The notes: generated by a model from the letters alone, not told the origin. A stretch of 64,000 bases of DNA from Eukaryota sp. GEM-RC1 (GCA_040285855.1 JAUFOQ010000003.1:1736001-1800000), one strand, 5' to 3'; positions 46,573-58,757 are shown, counted from the stretch's first letter. Made by a program: numbers and translations.

Positions 46573-47970
46573 TTAAATGGGTGGCAACTTATCTTGCTGA
46601 TCCATTAAATCTCTTATAAACGGGTGACCCAAGGCTTCATGCGCCATCATTCTCTTTGCAGGATCCCACACCAAACACTGCTTAATAAAATCTATAAATA
46701 CAGAATTATTCGACCTCACAGCCTGAGCTAAATCCCTAGTCCCCGGCTTTCTCTTCCTTCCTCTACTATTTGCAGTAATAATAGGATTTCCAATCGAATC
46801 AAAGAACAACTTCTTCCTACTCGCTGTAGTTACCAAATCGTTAGGGGGAGGTCCTAGAACTTCCATTATACACTGAATCTGATCACGTTCGTCTTCTCCA
46901 GGGAAGATTGGAACTCCAGAGTTCAATTCAGCTAGCACACATCCCAATGACCACATATCTATTGGAGACAGAGTAGGGTATACCCAGGATAACTTCAGGG
47001 GCTCTATAGAAACGGGATTGGATGTAGGTGTAGATGCGTTCGTCTTGAAAACATGAAGAACCAAAGTCAATGATTTTAACAGAGTTACAGTCTGATAAGA
47101 GAATGTTTTCAGGTTTTAAATCACAGTGAATAATTTTGTACTTGAATAGAAGTTTAAGGCAAACACAGATTTGATGTGTGAACAACCTAATCTGAGACAT
47201 TAACAATGGGGTAAAAGAATTCTTTTGAGATATTCATATAAGTTCAGTGATAGTAGTTCAAATGATATACATAAATGATTTCTAAAATAGAAATTGTCAA
47301 ACACTCTAACAAAATTCATGGTACCTTCAGGATCGTGATCCCTTAGAAATTTTAAAATTTTCACTTCCACCAATCCTTGCTGATGGAACCTCCTCTTATT
47401 CCTAATGATCTTCACTGCCACCACAACACCAGTTTTATGATCCTTGCACTTTAGAACCTGACCAAACGATCCCTTACCCAAGGACCCAAGGATCTCATAA
47501 CGATAAGAGAGGTGGTCATGTAGGACAGGAAGATAGTCACCACGTTCATCGTCGTGACCAGTGCGGCTATGGGATCGCAGAGCACGTGTTTTAATGGAGA
47601 GGGGAGAGATAAAGTATATGGTTTGGAACTCTAGGATTTCAGACTCTTCGTATGGGGTAAGTTGGGCTCTGTACTTCTTGAGAGTGTCTGTGGCTGACAG
47701 AGGGAAGTCAGTGAGGTTGATTTCAGGAGCTCTAGTGGTTGGACGGGAACGAAGTGGGCGAGAAGTTGTTGGAACGCGTGGATTACCATACGGTCGCCGT
47801 CTGCTTGTAGAAGGATGGAGAGCAGGTTCTCGAGTAGTGTGAGGGACTCGGCGACTAGTGATTGGCATTCGCGCCGTCCGATTGGTGTCAAGAGTAGTTG
47901 AGGGATATTTAAAGGTCCCAGATCTTATGTTTGATAGATTAAGAGAGGGTAAGTTGATGCTGAACGACAT
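46573..47970 (-). CDS. DYRK2/4-class dual-specificity kinase, two single-base frameshifts
   Basis: DDERGDY (DH box), [44 protein letters not shown]; frame breaks at ~47223-47226 and ~46966-46972. Confidence 0.9.
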
Positions 47971-48434
47971 TTAGAGGGACCAAAAAGTGAATTGGAATCT
48001 TTTAAGGAGAAGACCTGTGTGGTAAGTATTGTCTAGGTAACAATTTGTTAAAATTCTTGACTTGACTTGACAGGAAACAAACTTAGTGGTTTGACTTGAC
48101 TCAAATTGCAACTCCAATAAGAAGATTGTTATGTTTGTGGTATGTCTCTTTCCTCACTTTGATCATGTTTTAACATTATTAGTCAGTAAGTTGTAATCCG
48201 TAATGACATGTACTTAACTGCAATTTCAATTCCAGTAAAACGCGATTTAACACTTTATTTTGATTAAATTAGAAGTGTTGGAATATTATTATACTACAAA
48301 GACATGGGTCAGTGAGAAATAAATACAATTACAATATAAAGTACAGGTATGTCAAAAAATTGCCATTAACCACAAGATCTAACAAAGTGACAAAGCCAGA
48401 ATCAAAAATTAACACCAAAGAAAAAATCCATCAA

Positions 48435-50063
48435 CTATGTTTTCACCCTTTTCATCACGTCATCAATAAAAACGTCATCCTTGGCAAGTAGCTCGTCTAT
48501 TTCAGCAGAGTAGGTACCATCATTATGAGAATCAGAATACGAATGATCAAAACCTTCAGAATTTTGTTTGATTATTTCCTCAACTTCAATACATTGTTCT
48601 AGAGAATCGTTGACGACTTCAAAGACTAAGTCCTCGATAAATCTTCGCTTCATTAATCTATTCAGAATTTTGTTACAAATTAAGACACTTGTCGAATTCT
48701 TTGCAACACCGACCAATAGTTGAAATATTAGGAATTTTTGAAAAACGACGCCCTCATTTCCAAAAACATTTAGACAAAATTCTTGAGCATAAACACCAGG
48801 TTTCTGTTGAAAACCTAACCTTTTCGGCCAAAAATCAATTAAACAATTAATAGAACTTGTTTGATTTCCGTTAATAACACCTTCTGTTGATGAAAAATAG
48901 AACTTCAAGTTAGTAAGAGTTGGATCCAATGTACGAATTTCAAATCTTTTTGAATTTGTCGAATTATTAAATATTTCAAACTTAGCCGAACATCCACTGT
49001 CTTCCAAAGTCAATGAAAAACTTAAATATTTGTCTGATTCACGTCCTTCCCTTGACTTCAAAACGATCAAATCCTCTTTCTTCACTTCCCCCTCTTCGTT
49101 CAACACTTTCATTTTCTGCCGTACAGTAGAAATCTTCTCCATTAAACTATCATCCACATCACCCTCACCATCATCAATCGACTTCTGCTGAAATATTTCA
49201 AATTCCTTCGTAATATTATCAATCGACAACAACTCCCTCCCTTTCAAAGCAAATCCTTCATCTTTCACCACCTTGTCCACAGGCTTAGGCTCAACACTAA
49301 AGGTAATAGGAACATAGAGTCCTGAGAAAGGGTTTGCAGAGATAGGAACAAACGAGACACCACCACCACGAAGGGAAGTTTGCCAATAGTTCTCAGAAAC
49401 ATTACCGTTGGGGTCTCTTTTACGAGCAATTTGAGATCTTTTAACTCTATTTTCAACCTGAGATCGATAGCTATCAACACGTGACATAACGAGAGAATTT
49501 TCTGAAATATTTAATTTTTTAGACATGTGTTTTTTAAAGCGATCCCATTTTTGTAATGTCAACTGGTAATTCTTCATTGCACGATTTTCTCTAAGATACA
49601 TACTCTGTTCAGTGGGTTGCAACGTACTCAAGAACTGTTTTTCATCTTCTTCACCTTGATGAATTTGTTGTTGGATGGTATTTAGAGTAACAGCAAGGTC
49701 TGGCTTAGGTTGACCTCGGCTTGCGCCAACAGAGCCAATACTGCCCATAGAGACTTGAGTAGTTAGGGAGGGAGCGAAGGAAGTCATGGATGGAGCAGAA
49801 GACATTAAGGACTTTGACATACGGATGGAGGGAGGACCGTAGTTTTCAAGTTTTTTGGCCTCCACTGTAGCTCTGTGAATGTCTTCAAAGTCTTCAACAG
49901 TGCCTAGAAGATGGTGTGTGGAAAATTTAGATGTGTTTTCAGAGGAAACGAAGTCATAAATTGAAGTTCTGTCGGGAACACGATAAAGAGATGGATTAGA
50001 TGCAACATTATCAGGAAGATCTCGTATTGTGACAGTTTTTTTGGGGAGAGAGGGGAGAGACAT
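48435..50063 (-). CDS. MYCBP-associated protein (MYCBPAP)-like, flagellar
   Basis: 'RAMKNYQLTLQKWDRFKKHMSKKL..LVMSRVDSYRSQVE', 'YWQTSLR', 'FSGLY' and an Ig-like C-terminal region. Confidence 0.6.
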   Translation of the reverse strand: MSLPSLPKKTVTIRDLPDNVASNPSLYRVPDRTSIYDFVSSENTSKFSTHHLLGTVEDFEDIHRATVEAKKLENYGPPSIRMSKSLMSSAPSMTSFAPSLTTQVSMGSIGSVGASRGQPKPDLAVTLNTIQQQIHQGEEDEKQFLSTLQPTEQSMYLRENRAMKNYQLTLQKWDRFKKHMSKKLNISENSLVMSRVDSYRSQVENRVKRSQIARKRDPNGNVSENYWQTSLRGGGVSFVPISANPFSGLYVPITFSVEPKPVDKVVKDEGFALKGRELLSIDNITKEFEIFQQKSIDDGEGDVDDSLMEKISTVRQKMKVLNEEGEVKKEDLIVLKSREGRESDKYLSFSLTLEDSGCSAKFEIFNNSTNSKRFEIRTLDPTLTNLKFYFSSTEGVINGNQTSSINCLIDFWPKRLGFQQKPGVYAQEFCLNVFGNEGVVFQKFLIFQLLVGVAKNSTSVLICNKILNRLMKRRFIEDLVFEVVNDSLEQCIEVEEIIKQNSEGFDHSYSDSHNDGTYSAEIDELLAKDDVFIDDVMKRVKT

Positions 50064-50120
50064 TTTGTCTTCTGCTTTTAATTCAGGTGCGCTAAATTTT
50101 TCTGTCAAGTTCCTCAAACA

Positions 50121-51506
50121 ATGAATGTTGTCATCCTATTTATGTATATACTCTCCAGTTTTGTCATTGTTCTTGTAAGTAACGATCTTCATGTTCTATG
50201 GGCCGGAGTTTTGCTATTTTGCTCGACATTGGGTATTTTCATCTTGGATCGATATGGGTGGATCTGCTACCTTCGAGAACATCGTCTCCGTGTGTACCTT
50301 CTACGTCTCTTCCTTGTAACCAATTCGTTTTTGTTTCTTCTTACTTCCTGTGTTTCTCTAATTCGTTTCTTACTACTCCCAAATTCCTCCTTCTTTTCAA
50401 TACTCATTCTGTTGTTCATTGCTCTCCTTCACATCCAATGCCTTCACAACGCCCGTTTCCGTCCACCTCCACCCACTACCAATATTCTCAATCCTCTTGC
50501 TAAATCTCCTAACAAAAACATGCGTTCCTTCTCCGTTAATCGCCCATTTGGCTTCATCAACACAACCAACTTGAAACTTCCTCAGAGCAGAAAGATGTTC
50601 TTTCGAGTGCGGGACAAATGCGCACCATACATCTTCTCAATCCTATACTTTTGTGTCTTTGTTATAGTCATTGGTCTCCTTTTCTCTTCCTCAATTGTAC
50701 TTTTCTTCAGATCTTCTTGTATATCAGGGGTTTTACCCTATTCCAGTACTATAACTGACGATGAAGGTAGACGTATCGGCGCGGCTCTCTGTACAAACAA
50801 ACTCGAGACAAATGCGGTGTTGATATTACCTTCAATTGATTCTGTTGCTCATTCAGTTATGCCCTTGGTGAATTACATTAGGAAAAATTCATCAGAATTT
50901 AATATCTGTGTTTTGGATTCGTATACAGATTATATGAAATCTCTGGTACCGTTATTTAACAATGAATACTTTCGACAATTCGATTTCTCACCAATTGTTT
51001 CTATCGGTACGTCATCAATCTACACGACCTTTATCAACTCAATCAATCAATCCGTTGTCGTGATTGATGGCAAGTCTCCATTAGCCACGTATTCCAAAAC
51101 TGATTTCTTTTCCTCAGACAGTCTGTTCGTTTCTTCTCCACAGTTATTCACCCTTATACATTCACTGTTCCCCCTGATCCATCAACCTCAGTTCTCTAGT
51201 TATCTAGATGGGATTCCGAGGGAGGAGGAGGTACGCTGTTTGAGATCTGGGTTTGTTGATAACTTTAATTTGAATCATGTTCTTAAAAACATGGCATTTG
51301 GTCATGATTTTAGTAAGATTGTTCGGTTTTTATTGAAGAATAATCTTGCTAATTACGATAATTTCGGGGAGTTGATTGTGATTGGCCCAGGGAATGAAAT
51401 GAAAGAGTACAGTAAATTAGTGAAAAATTCAGTATTTGTGGAAAATTTGGACTTTCTCTATGAAGTGTTCAATCGATTGGTTCCCAAATCGTCGAATAAA
51501 GATTGA
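50121..51506 (+). CDS. Membrane protein of unknown function (N-terminal TMs, possible degenerate alpha/beta-hydrolase C-terminus)
   Basis: 461-aa ORF with ~5 hydrophobic segments; family not recognised. Confidence 0.6.
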   Translation: MNVVILFMYILSSFVIVLVSNDLHVLWAGVLLFCSTLGIFILDRYGWICYLREHRLRVYLLRLFLVTNSFLFLLTSCVSLIRFLLLPNSSFFSILILLFIALLHIQCLHNARFRPPPPTTNILNPLAKSPNKNMRSFSVNRPFGFINTTNLKLPQSRKMFFRVRDKCAPYIFSILYFCVFVIVIGLLFSSSIVLFFRSSCISGVLPYSSTITDDEGRRIGAALCTNKLETNAVLILPSIDSVAHSVMPLVNYIRKNSSEFNICVLDSYTDYMKSLVPLFNNEYFRQFDFSPIVSIGTSSIYTTFINSINQSVVVIDGKSPLATYSKTDFFSSDSLFVSSPQLFTLIHSLFPLIHQPQFSSYLDGIPREEEVRCLRSGFVDNFNLNHVLKNMAFGHDFSKIVRFLLKNNLANYDNFGELIVIGPGNEMKEYSKLVKNSVFVENLDFLYEVFNRLVPKSSNKD

Positions 51507-51578
51507 AATTTTTAAATTTCTGTTCGCAATAGTTTTTTTCCTGTATGTACAAATGTTGATAAACAAATTTCCGTTAAT

Positions 51579-53381
51579 TTAAAAATTTTCCTGAACACGT
51601 GACACAACACGTGCTATCCTAGCTAAATACTTAATAGAACTTCTCACAACAAATTCAGGAGCCTCTGAATCGTCATCATCAAAGTGTTGAAGTTCTTCTA
51701 GAGTTATATTAAACTTTTCGGAAAAGTCGTTTAAGATATCCAGAATTCCTTCATCGTATTCTAAATCTTCAGCTTCGTTATTAATATGATCATCTATTAT
51801 CGGATCATTATCCAATGGATGACTGTCAATCAAGAGAGAAGTTGCCTGTTTGAGATGAGCTTCACTCTGATTTGATTGAGTGACCGTCTTACGATGATGA
51901 TGAGCATCTTTTTCTCTCAATTCGTCCAAATTCAATGTCTTAATATACTCCACCGCTATATAACAACTAGTAAAGTAATAACTACTCTCCCCTTTAAAAG
52001 TGGGTCTCCAAATTTTAACATAATCTAAATTTGACAAGAAATTATCCGGAGCAGACGCAATGATCAAAACAATGAGACATGGGAGGAATTGGTCAGCACC
52101 AAAAGATTCTAGACCGATACTACTAGCAGAAAGAACAGTAAGAAGAGACTTGCAAGAATTAACTATACAAACAAGCTTATCTCTAGGTGCTGTCCATTTG
52201 TTGATGTCAGTAATCCAAGCACAGCAATCAGTCCATAATGGATGACGTGTCAGGTCAACATTAACATCAAAATGAGAAAATTTGAGCTTCACATCGCGTA
52301 TTTCCGTTAGTTTCTCTGCAAACTTCGCGTCTCGTTCATTAGCTTCAGTAATTGTAATCTTTTTACAACCAACAGGGCCATTCAAGGGACTAGGCATTCC
52401 AAAAGGCTCGTCATCAACAAATACACAAGGAAAAAGTTTGAAATAGAGCTTATTAAATACAAACTTCTCAACACAATCATACAAGAAATCAGCAGAAACC
52501 TGACCTTCACGTGATAATGATGACACCTCGACAGGGGCTATTTTCTCGAGAATTCTACAGACAACTTCAGGAAGCCATTCACTTAACCAGTCCGGAGAAT
52601 ACTTTAGAGAAATGAATTCTGACAAAAAGACGTTGATATCACGATAAACTAGAGTAGACATATCAATTGACCTCATTTTTTCCAGAAAATTAACAAAACT
52701 TCCCTGAACTACTAACTCTGCCTGACCCTCACCGTCACTTTGATTGGAGTCTGAAATATTTGAATTAATCCTAAATATTGAACTACTCCTACGCCTCCGT
52801 TCAGCAACCTTTGGGTCACTTAAAGAAGGAGAAGCAAAGAAGGTGGGTGAGGAAAGAAGTAAGTCATGGATAGTGATTCTCCGCTTCTTCTTAAGATATT
52901 CAGATGACACTGGCTGTACAAAGTCTGGCTCTGGTAACGGGGACGAAATAAGAAAGAGATGATGTGGGTGATTGGTCATTGGGCCACTGCGGATGAGCTG
53001 TAGTCTCATCTTTGAGGAAGTTGTGTTTGGTGGCGGTGGATCTGGAGGAGAAGTTGGAGGATTCTCACAAGTAGGGAGGGTGGAAATGTAAACATGGGCC
53101 TCTGTGAGGTAGCCTGTAACTCCAAGAGGGGTACAGAAGGAGTGGATGTTCTCTGGGAAAGGATCTGAGATGCGGACTATGTGAGAACGGATGAAAGTGG
53201 CACTGAAGACGATTTCATCCTGTAGGAGAGGTTGTAAAGGTAACAAGATGGCAGAGTTGGAGCCAAATGACTGTAAAAGAGATAGTTCTTGTTGAAACTC
53301 TTCCTGGTTGAACAAAGCATCAAGGAATGGCGAATTTTCTTCTTCAAACGATATCAGAGAGTCAGAATGACCAGGTTCCAT
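51579..53381 (-). CDS. VPS9-domain Rab5 GEF
   Basis: APRDKLVCIVNSCK, GADQFLPCLIVLII, LSNLDYV, GESSYYFT. Confidence 0.92.
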   Translation of the reverse strand: MEPGHSDSLISFEEENSPFLDALFNQEEFQQELSLLQSFGSNSAILLPLQPLLQDEIVFSATFIRSHIVRISDPFPENIHSFCTPLGVTGYLTEAHVYISTLPTCENPPTSPPDPPPPNTTSSKMRLQLIRSGPMTNHPHHLFLISSPLPEPDFVQPVSSEYLKKKRRITIHDLLLSSPTFFASPSLSDPKVAERRRRSSSIFRINSNISDSNQSDGEGQAELVVQGSFVNFLEKMRSIDMSTLVYRDINVFLSEFISLKYSPDWLSEWLPEVVCRILEKIAPVEVSSLSREGQVSADFLYDCVEKFVFNKLYFKLFPCVFVDDEPFGMPSPLNGPVGCKKITITEANERDAKFAEKLTEIRDVKLKFSHFDVNVDLTRHPLWTDCCAWITDINKWTAPRDKLVCIVNSCKSLLTVLSASSIGLESFGADQFLPCLIVLIIASAPDNFLSNLDYVKIWRPTFKGESSYYFTSCYIAVEYIKTLNLDELREKDAHHHRKTVTQSNQSEAHLKQATSLLIDSHPLDNDPIIDDHINNEAEDLEYDEGILDILNDFSEKFNITLEELQHFDDDDSEAPEFVVRSSIKYLARIARVVSRVQENF

Positions 53382-53442
53382 ATGTCAAAAGAGTTTGACA
53401 GGAAAAAGTTGAATGTGACGCCATGAAAATTTTCCTTGGCCA

Positions 53443-54789
53443 ATGTTCGGCAGATTCAAAAATGCCGCTGGTTACATGCAGCAGAAGATGAAGGACTTAG
53501 ATAAGTCCTTTGAATCTGCTTTAACAGCAGCGGGCGAACTAGATGACTCACAGCCTACTCCTTCTCTTACAGACATCCCACCATCTCCATCTGCACTAGT
53601 ACCTCCAATCTCTACATCTTTCCTTGAACTAGACAAAGAACTACCCTTCTCTTCTCATTTTTCTGATGAAGAACCTCCAGAACCATCGGTCTCAGAACTC
53701 ACTACTCAACTTAATGATGTACAGAAGCAGTACAAAACTGTTGTCTCTCAAAACTCTGTTCTCAGAGCTAAACTTGATTTTTTAAATGGCGAGTTGTATA
53801 AGAAACAAGAAGATGAGTTTTCTGAATTACAAGGACTGAAAGCTGAATTTTCAAAATTGTTGGGAAAAGAACAACGGTCAAATTCCAGTCTGAGGAAGAA
53901 AATCGAATCACTTTCCAAGGAATTAACAGACAAGACTGAAGTGATTGAATCTCAGTCGGAAATGGTGGAAAAATCTGAATATTTAAAAATTGTCGATGAG
54001 TTGTCTACAGTAAAGAAGGAACTACGTTCAATCACGTCAGATAAGGATCAATTGATGATGACGAATTCTGAGCTGGCCCAAGAAAATGATAATTTGCTGA
54101 TAATAATTGATAAAATGAAGAAAGAATCAGAAATTCCTCAGTCGGGTGTAAATAATTTTTTAAAAATTGATGAATTTTTCCTTACCAATCTGAAATTGGT
54201 GATTCGCAACAAGTTTGACGAATTGCATTCTAAATTAAAAGATTCGTCTCATTCTGTCTCTCAACTAGAGAACAGAATTCATGAGAATTCCAAGTTGTTA
54301 GTAACTCTTCAAAAATCTCGAAAAATTTCAAATATGGAATCACAAAAACAACAATCCAAAATTCTGAAAAATGTTGCACAACAAACAACAAATTCATCAG
54401 AAGATCATGTTGTCCTCATATCTACCGGCGTTCAATCAATATCATCATCCAGTCAATCACAAATGATTGACAGACAAGTTGATCCTATCTTTCTTGATGA
54501 AAACAGTCATCTTTTTTCCCTAGAACTTGATTTACTAAAAGAGGAGAATTACAAACTGAATACCCAATGTTGTGTCCTAATGAATGAAGTTAAGCACTTT
54601 CAACAGTTGGCGTTGGAAAGTGAAGATGGGAAAAGGTTTAATGAATTACGGGATAAGTTTGAGATCACGTTGTCGTTGCTGGGGCAAAAACAACAGGAAA
54701 TTGACAGACTTTCTGATGAATTCAATGACATGAAAGAGGCGTTTCAGTCTCAAATTAGTTATTTAGTGGGTTTAGTTGGTAAAAATTAG
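53443..54789 (+). CDS. TMF1/Sgm1-like golgin
   Basis: Long coiled coil; C-terminus 'LRDKFEITLSLLGQKQQEIDRLSDEFNDMKEAFQSQI' matches the TMF C-terminal domain pattern. Confidence 0.7.
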   Translation: MFGRFKNAAGYMQQKMKDLDKSFESALTAAGELDDSQPTPSLTDIPPSPSALVPPISTSFLELDKELPFSSHFSDEEPPEPSVSELTTQLNDVQKQYKTVVSQNSVLRAKLDFLNGELYKKQEDEFSELQGLKAEFSKLLGKEQRSNSSLRKKIESLSKELTDKTEVIESQSEMVEKSEYLKIVDELSTVKKELRSITSDKDQLMMTNSELAQENDNLLIIIDKMKKESEIPQSGVNNFLKIDEFFLTNLKLVIRNKFDELHSKLKDSSHSVSQLENRIHENSKLLVTLQKSRKISNMESQKQQSKILKNVAQQTTNSSEDHVVLISTGVQSISSSSQSQMIDRQVDPIFLDENSHLFSLELDLLKEENYKLNTQCCVLMNEVKHFQQLALESEDGKRFNELRDKFEITLSLLGQKQQEIDRLSDEFNDMKEAFQSQISYLVGLVGKN

Positions 54790-55439
54790 AAATTTATCGA
54801 AGTATTAGTTAGTGTTGTTGCGGAGTGTGTTTGATTATTTATTCGTCTTGTTGAAGGTTTATTTCACTTCATCTTACTTTTTTTCTCAATGTATATGTGT
54901 TTTGTTTCACAGATCTGACTGGAATAGTTTCTTGCTTTGAATTTCCATCTCATCAGTTCAAATCACATTTCTTCGTCTTGTTGTATATAATAAAATGTAC
55001 ACACTGTGTTCATCAATGTCTCTGAAATTCAAAATCGTGTTTGTTAACATGTAAATTGAAATTCTATCTTGAATAAGGGTCTCGCAATACTGAGGTCTGG
55101 CTCAAACTCATGTGTTTCTTAATGAATCATCACGATCAGTCCAAACTTCAAACGTACCTTCAGAGTCTCTTTTTTCCTCTAAGACAGAATCTTTAATGAT
55201 GTTGTAAATCTGATGACTGCAAAAACTAGCAGTTTTTGTTTCACCTTAGCATTCTGTTTTTTGCAAATTTATATTTTCGGAGAAAGATTACCTTTTGGTA
55301 CCGAACAACGATATCAATAGCATTCTTTAGTAATAAAGAATATGAATATGTGTTGCAATTAACTTTGTTAGGAGATACCCTTTACTAGAAATAGTTGTCC
55401 CCTTTAAATGATATCCGTCAAAGAGCTCACACTGTTTTA

Positions 55440-57401
55440 ATGTCTCATCAAGTTGTTTGGGACTTCGTTTCCTATTCAGTAAAGAAGAAGACAAAACAAG
55501 AAAAGATACTTCTTTTGGACTCATTTGGAGCTGCAAGGACAGGAGAAATGCTGGGAATCCTTGGCCCAAGTGGCTGTGGAAAGGTATGAAGGCTACCAGC
55601 AACCTGAATTCAGAGCACCCTTCTCAATGCTCTAGGAGGGAGAATTTCTTCTCAAGGTTTCTATGCATATGACGGACAAGAAGTAACCAGAGGTTTAACC
55701 ACCTTTATCTGTCAAGACGATCTACTGTATGACAGTATGACACCAGAAGAGGCCGTAAAGTTTGCTGTTGTGCTTCGTAAGAAGATGAACTCTGAAGATC
55801 TCAAAACTGCAGATGAACTAGTCGACCACAGTTTAAGGCAATCTAATCTAGATCATGTGAGAAACTCTATAATAGGTAACCCGTCAGGAAAACACCATAT
55901 AAGCGGGGGTGAGCGAAAACGTGTGTATGTAGCGACTTCTCTACAAAGCGAGAGCGCTCAAATTGTTCTATGTATGTTTTCTGCAAGTGTCTAACCAAAG
56001 GTGATGAGGTGACAACAGGTCTAGACAGTTTCAACGCCCTCGAAGTACTGAAGATTCTTAAACAAGTGAGTCGTGAAAGGATAGTCATTGTAGTGATTCA
56101 TCAGCCGAGCTTGGAACTGTTCTACATGTTTGATAAGATACTGTTGATGGGAAATCAAGGCAAAGTGGTGTATTTCGATAGTCCTGACAACTTGGAACCG
56201 CTGTTTGAGAATGTGGGATTGCCAAAACCTCCTAAGCAAAGCATTCAAGACCATGCAATTAATGTTGTAACACCACAAATGGGGGTCAGTACAGAGCAGC
56301 AACTCAATCAATTGGAATACGTAGCTCGATCAAACTTACCAAATTCTTTTGAAAATTCAAATGCTGACAGAACTTTGAATCACAAAGCTCAACAAACTCC
56401 ACCTAGATTGACACAGTTTCGGATGCTTATATGGAGAAACTGGATTAATCTTCGTAGAAACCCAATGTTCATGTCTTTGCGTTTGTTTTCTGCTATTTGG
56501 ATAGGTATTGATAGGTTCCGTCACTCTTATTCCAGGACTCCTTACTGGTCTAGTATTTATGAATCTAACCCGCACACAGTCTGGCATCCGTAATCGTCAG
56601 GGAGCATTAATATTTCTTCTCCTAGGAACAGCATTTTCTGCTCAACAGGGAGTGTATGTCAGCATAATTGTTCTTACCCCAGTCTCACTTATTTTCCAAC
56701 TGAAAGGGGAGATCTTCAAGAGAGAACGGTACGAGTCTCTCTACAATGCCAGAACGTACTTTCTAGCACGCACGATTACTGACATACCCATGATGCTGGT
56801 GTTCCCTGCAATATCTGTAGCAATAGCCTACTGGATGGTCGGTTTGAGAGGTGGTTTTGATCGATTCCTACTACTTGCTCTTCTAACTACTCTAGTGGTT
56901 GCTTCCGCTGAGTCACTGAGTCTCTTGGTTACTGCCATTACTGGTTCCCTGCAAGTTGCTCTCATAGTGACACCAAACGTATGTGTAACCGCGCTTCTCA
57001 TCATAGCTCCTGGTTTTATTGATGCTCTTCTCTGGTTTCTTCTTAACCTTGGATGAAGTTGACTGGTTCTTTGCTTGGGTTCCCCCAATTTCTTACATCA
57101 GGTGGGCCTTTTTGGGCGCAGCGCGGAATGAGTTTGACGGTGCAGAATTCTTTTGCACGCCAGAAGAAGAAATCAACAACGTTTGTCCAATAACAGATGG
57201 TTCTCAGGTGATTGACCAGTTGGGTCTTGGTCCATATTCTATCTTTACTGCAATTGTGTTCTTGCTTACCATGTATGTATATACTGCTTGTGATTTCATT
57301 TCAGTCTTGTTTCTCTGCGAATTTTAACTTATCTTTGGCTAGAATTCTTTGTCAAAATTAAGCCTAAGGGACGAAATATGGCTCCTGAATACCGGCCGTA
57401 G
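55440..57401 (+). CDS. ABCG (white-like) half transporter with six introns (55584-55613, 55972-56000, 56505-56535, 56654-56682, 56979-57006, 57273-57304)
   Basis: Splicing restores GPSGCGK-STLL, ISGGERKR, IVLC-DEVTTGLD, IHQP, WIG-LLTG, PN-LLVLLMLFSGF; one extra G at 56706-56709. Confidence 0.9.
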
Positions 57402-58757
57402 CTGTGCACTGCTTATGCAGAGTAGTCCCAAACCAGATGGTTTGTGGTTGACTTGTTGATGTTTTGTGTCCCCAAAACCACAAGTTACAACTATTCTAGT
57501 TGTAACGGATCCTTCTTCGCACCTACTTTCACCTGTTGTTCACTCTGTAGTATCTGTAACCTAATAAAACACCCATTCTTCATTGTATTGCTTAGTCCTC
57601 CATACTGATTCGAAAAGTGTTTCATTTCTCGTGGATCTCGTCATCTTCAAAAAGTGTCAATGTTGTCCTATTCTGTACACGTCATCAACGTGATGTGTAG
57701 AACTCTGTCACGCATGTTTCAGAACACGTTTATCAAGATTTGCGGCAGTGAGTAACCTACAAAACTACAACAACAACTGAGAAGACGGTCATGTTGAATA
57801 GTTGTGTATTTTGAGATGTAAGTGAGTGGAAGAAAACCACAAGTTGAAACGCAGGCAAACGCGAAAACACTATTTCTGACACACAAAGTAGCATCCAACT
57901 CACTCCATCAATAATCAGCATAGCTAGAATGTACTTAGAGAACTATCAAAACACTAAAGGCTCGAAAACAGGAAATTCCATGAAGATTCATATCAACGTT
58001 TCAGAAGATGCACTTAATTAGTTCTATCAGCTCATAGCAGTTATAACGGAGGAGAGTTGGTGTTAGAGGTAATGGAAGGGTGTAACATTTTGGGACATTG
58101 GAATCTTTGGAATTATGGGAACCTGACTGTAAGTTAGTTCGAAGTTTGGTCATTGTAGTGTTCTTTTTTTGGAGTTGTAGATAATAAACTAAGGTTTATA
58201 CTGGGTTGCTGGGTCAGGAATTTCCGGAGTTCTTAGAACTACTAGATTTCCTGGAAATAACTGAAAATTTTTTTGAAGGGACGAAATTTCGAATTTGAGC
58301 GTCGTTCACACCATTCATTGGGTTGTTAAAAAATGACCATATATGCCCTATGTGAATTCCCCTCATCAATGTGACAGAAGTTGACAGTTTTGGTTCCAGA
58401 CTCTCTATTCGATATTCGCTTTGTCCGACAGGAACTTTCTTCTATTATCACAATACACCTAGTTTTCTAAATTCTGTTGTGTTTTCACTTATAAGTATTT
58501 ATTGATAACAACGCTACAGTGTACATATCTATTATTCAGTGTCATCAAAGCCCATTGCCTATCTGGAAATTCTCATCTACCTTATCCTCATAATTATTGT
58601 TGCAAGTATAGATTCTAATACAATATCTTAAACTAGAAAACAAAATTGGATTATTTGAACAACTATGTTATATTTACATATTACTTAAACAATGAGATTG
58701 CGGACTTACCGAGAGAAAAACAGAATCGCACTGTAACCATAAAACGAGCCAGGGTTG

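Noticed and set aside
46960..46984. Possible 25-nt GT-AG intron explaining the second DYRK frameshift
   Set aside because: It would delete the conserved GIPY..PI segment before DMW; a single-base indel fits better.
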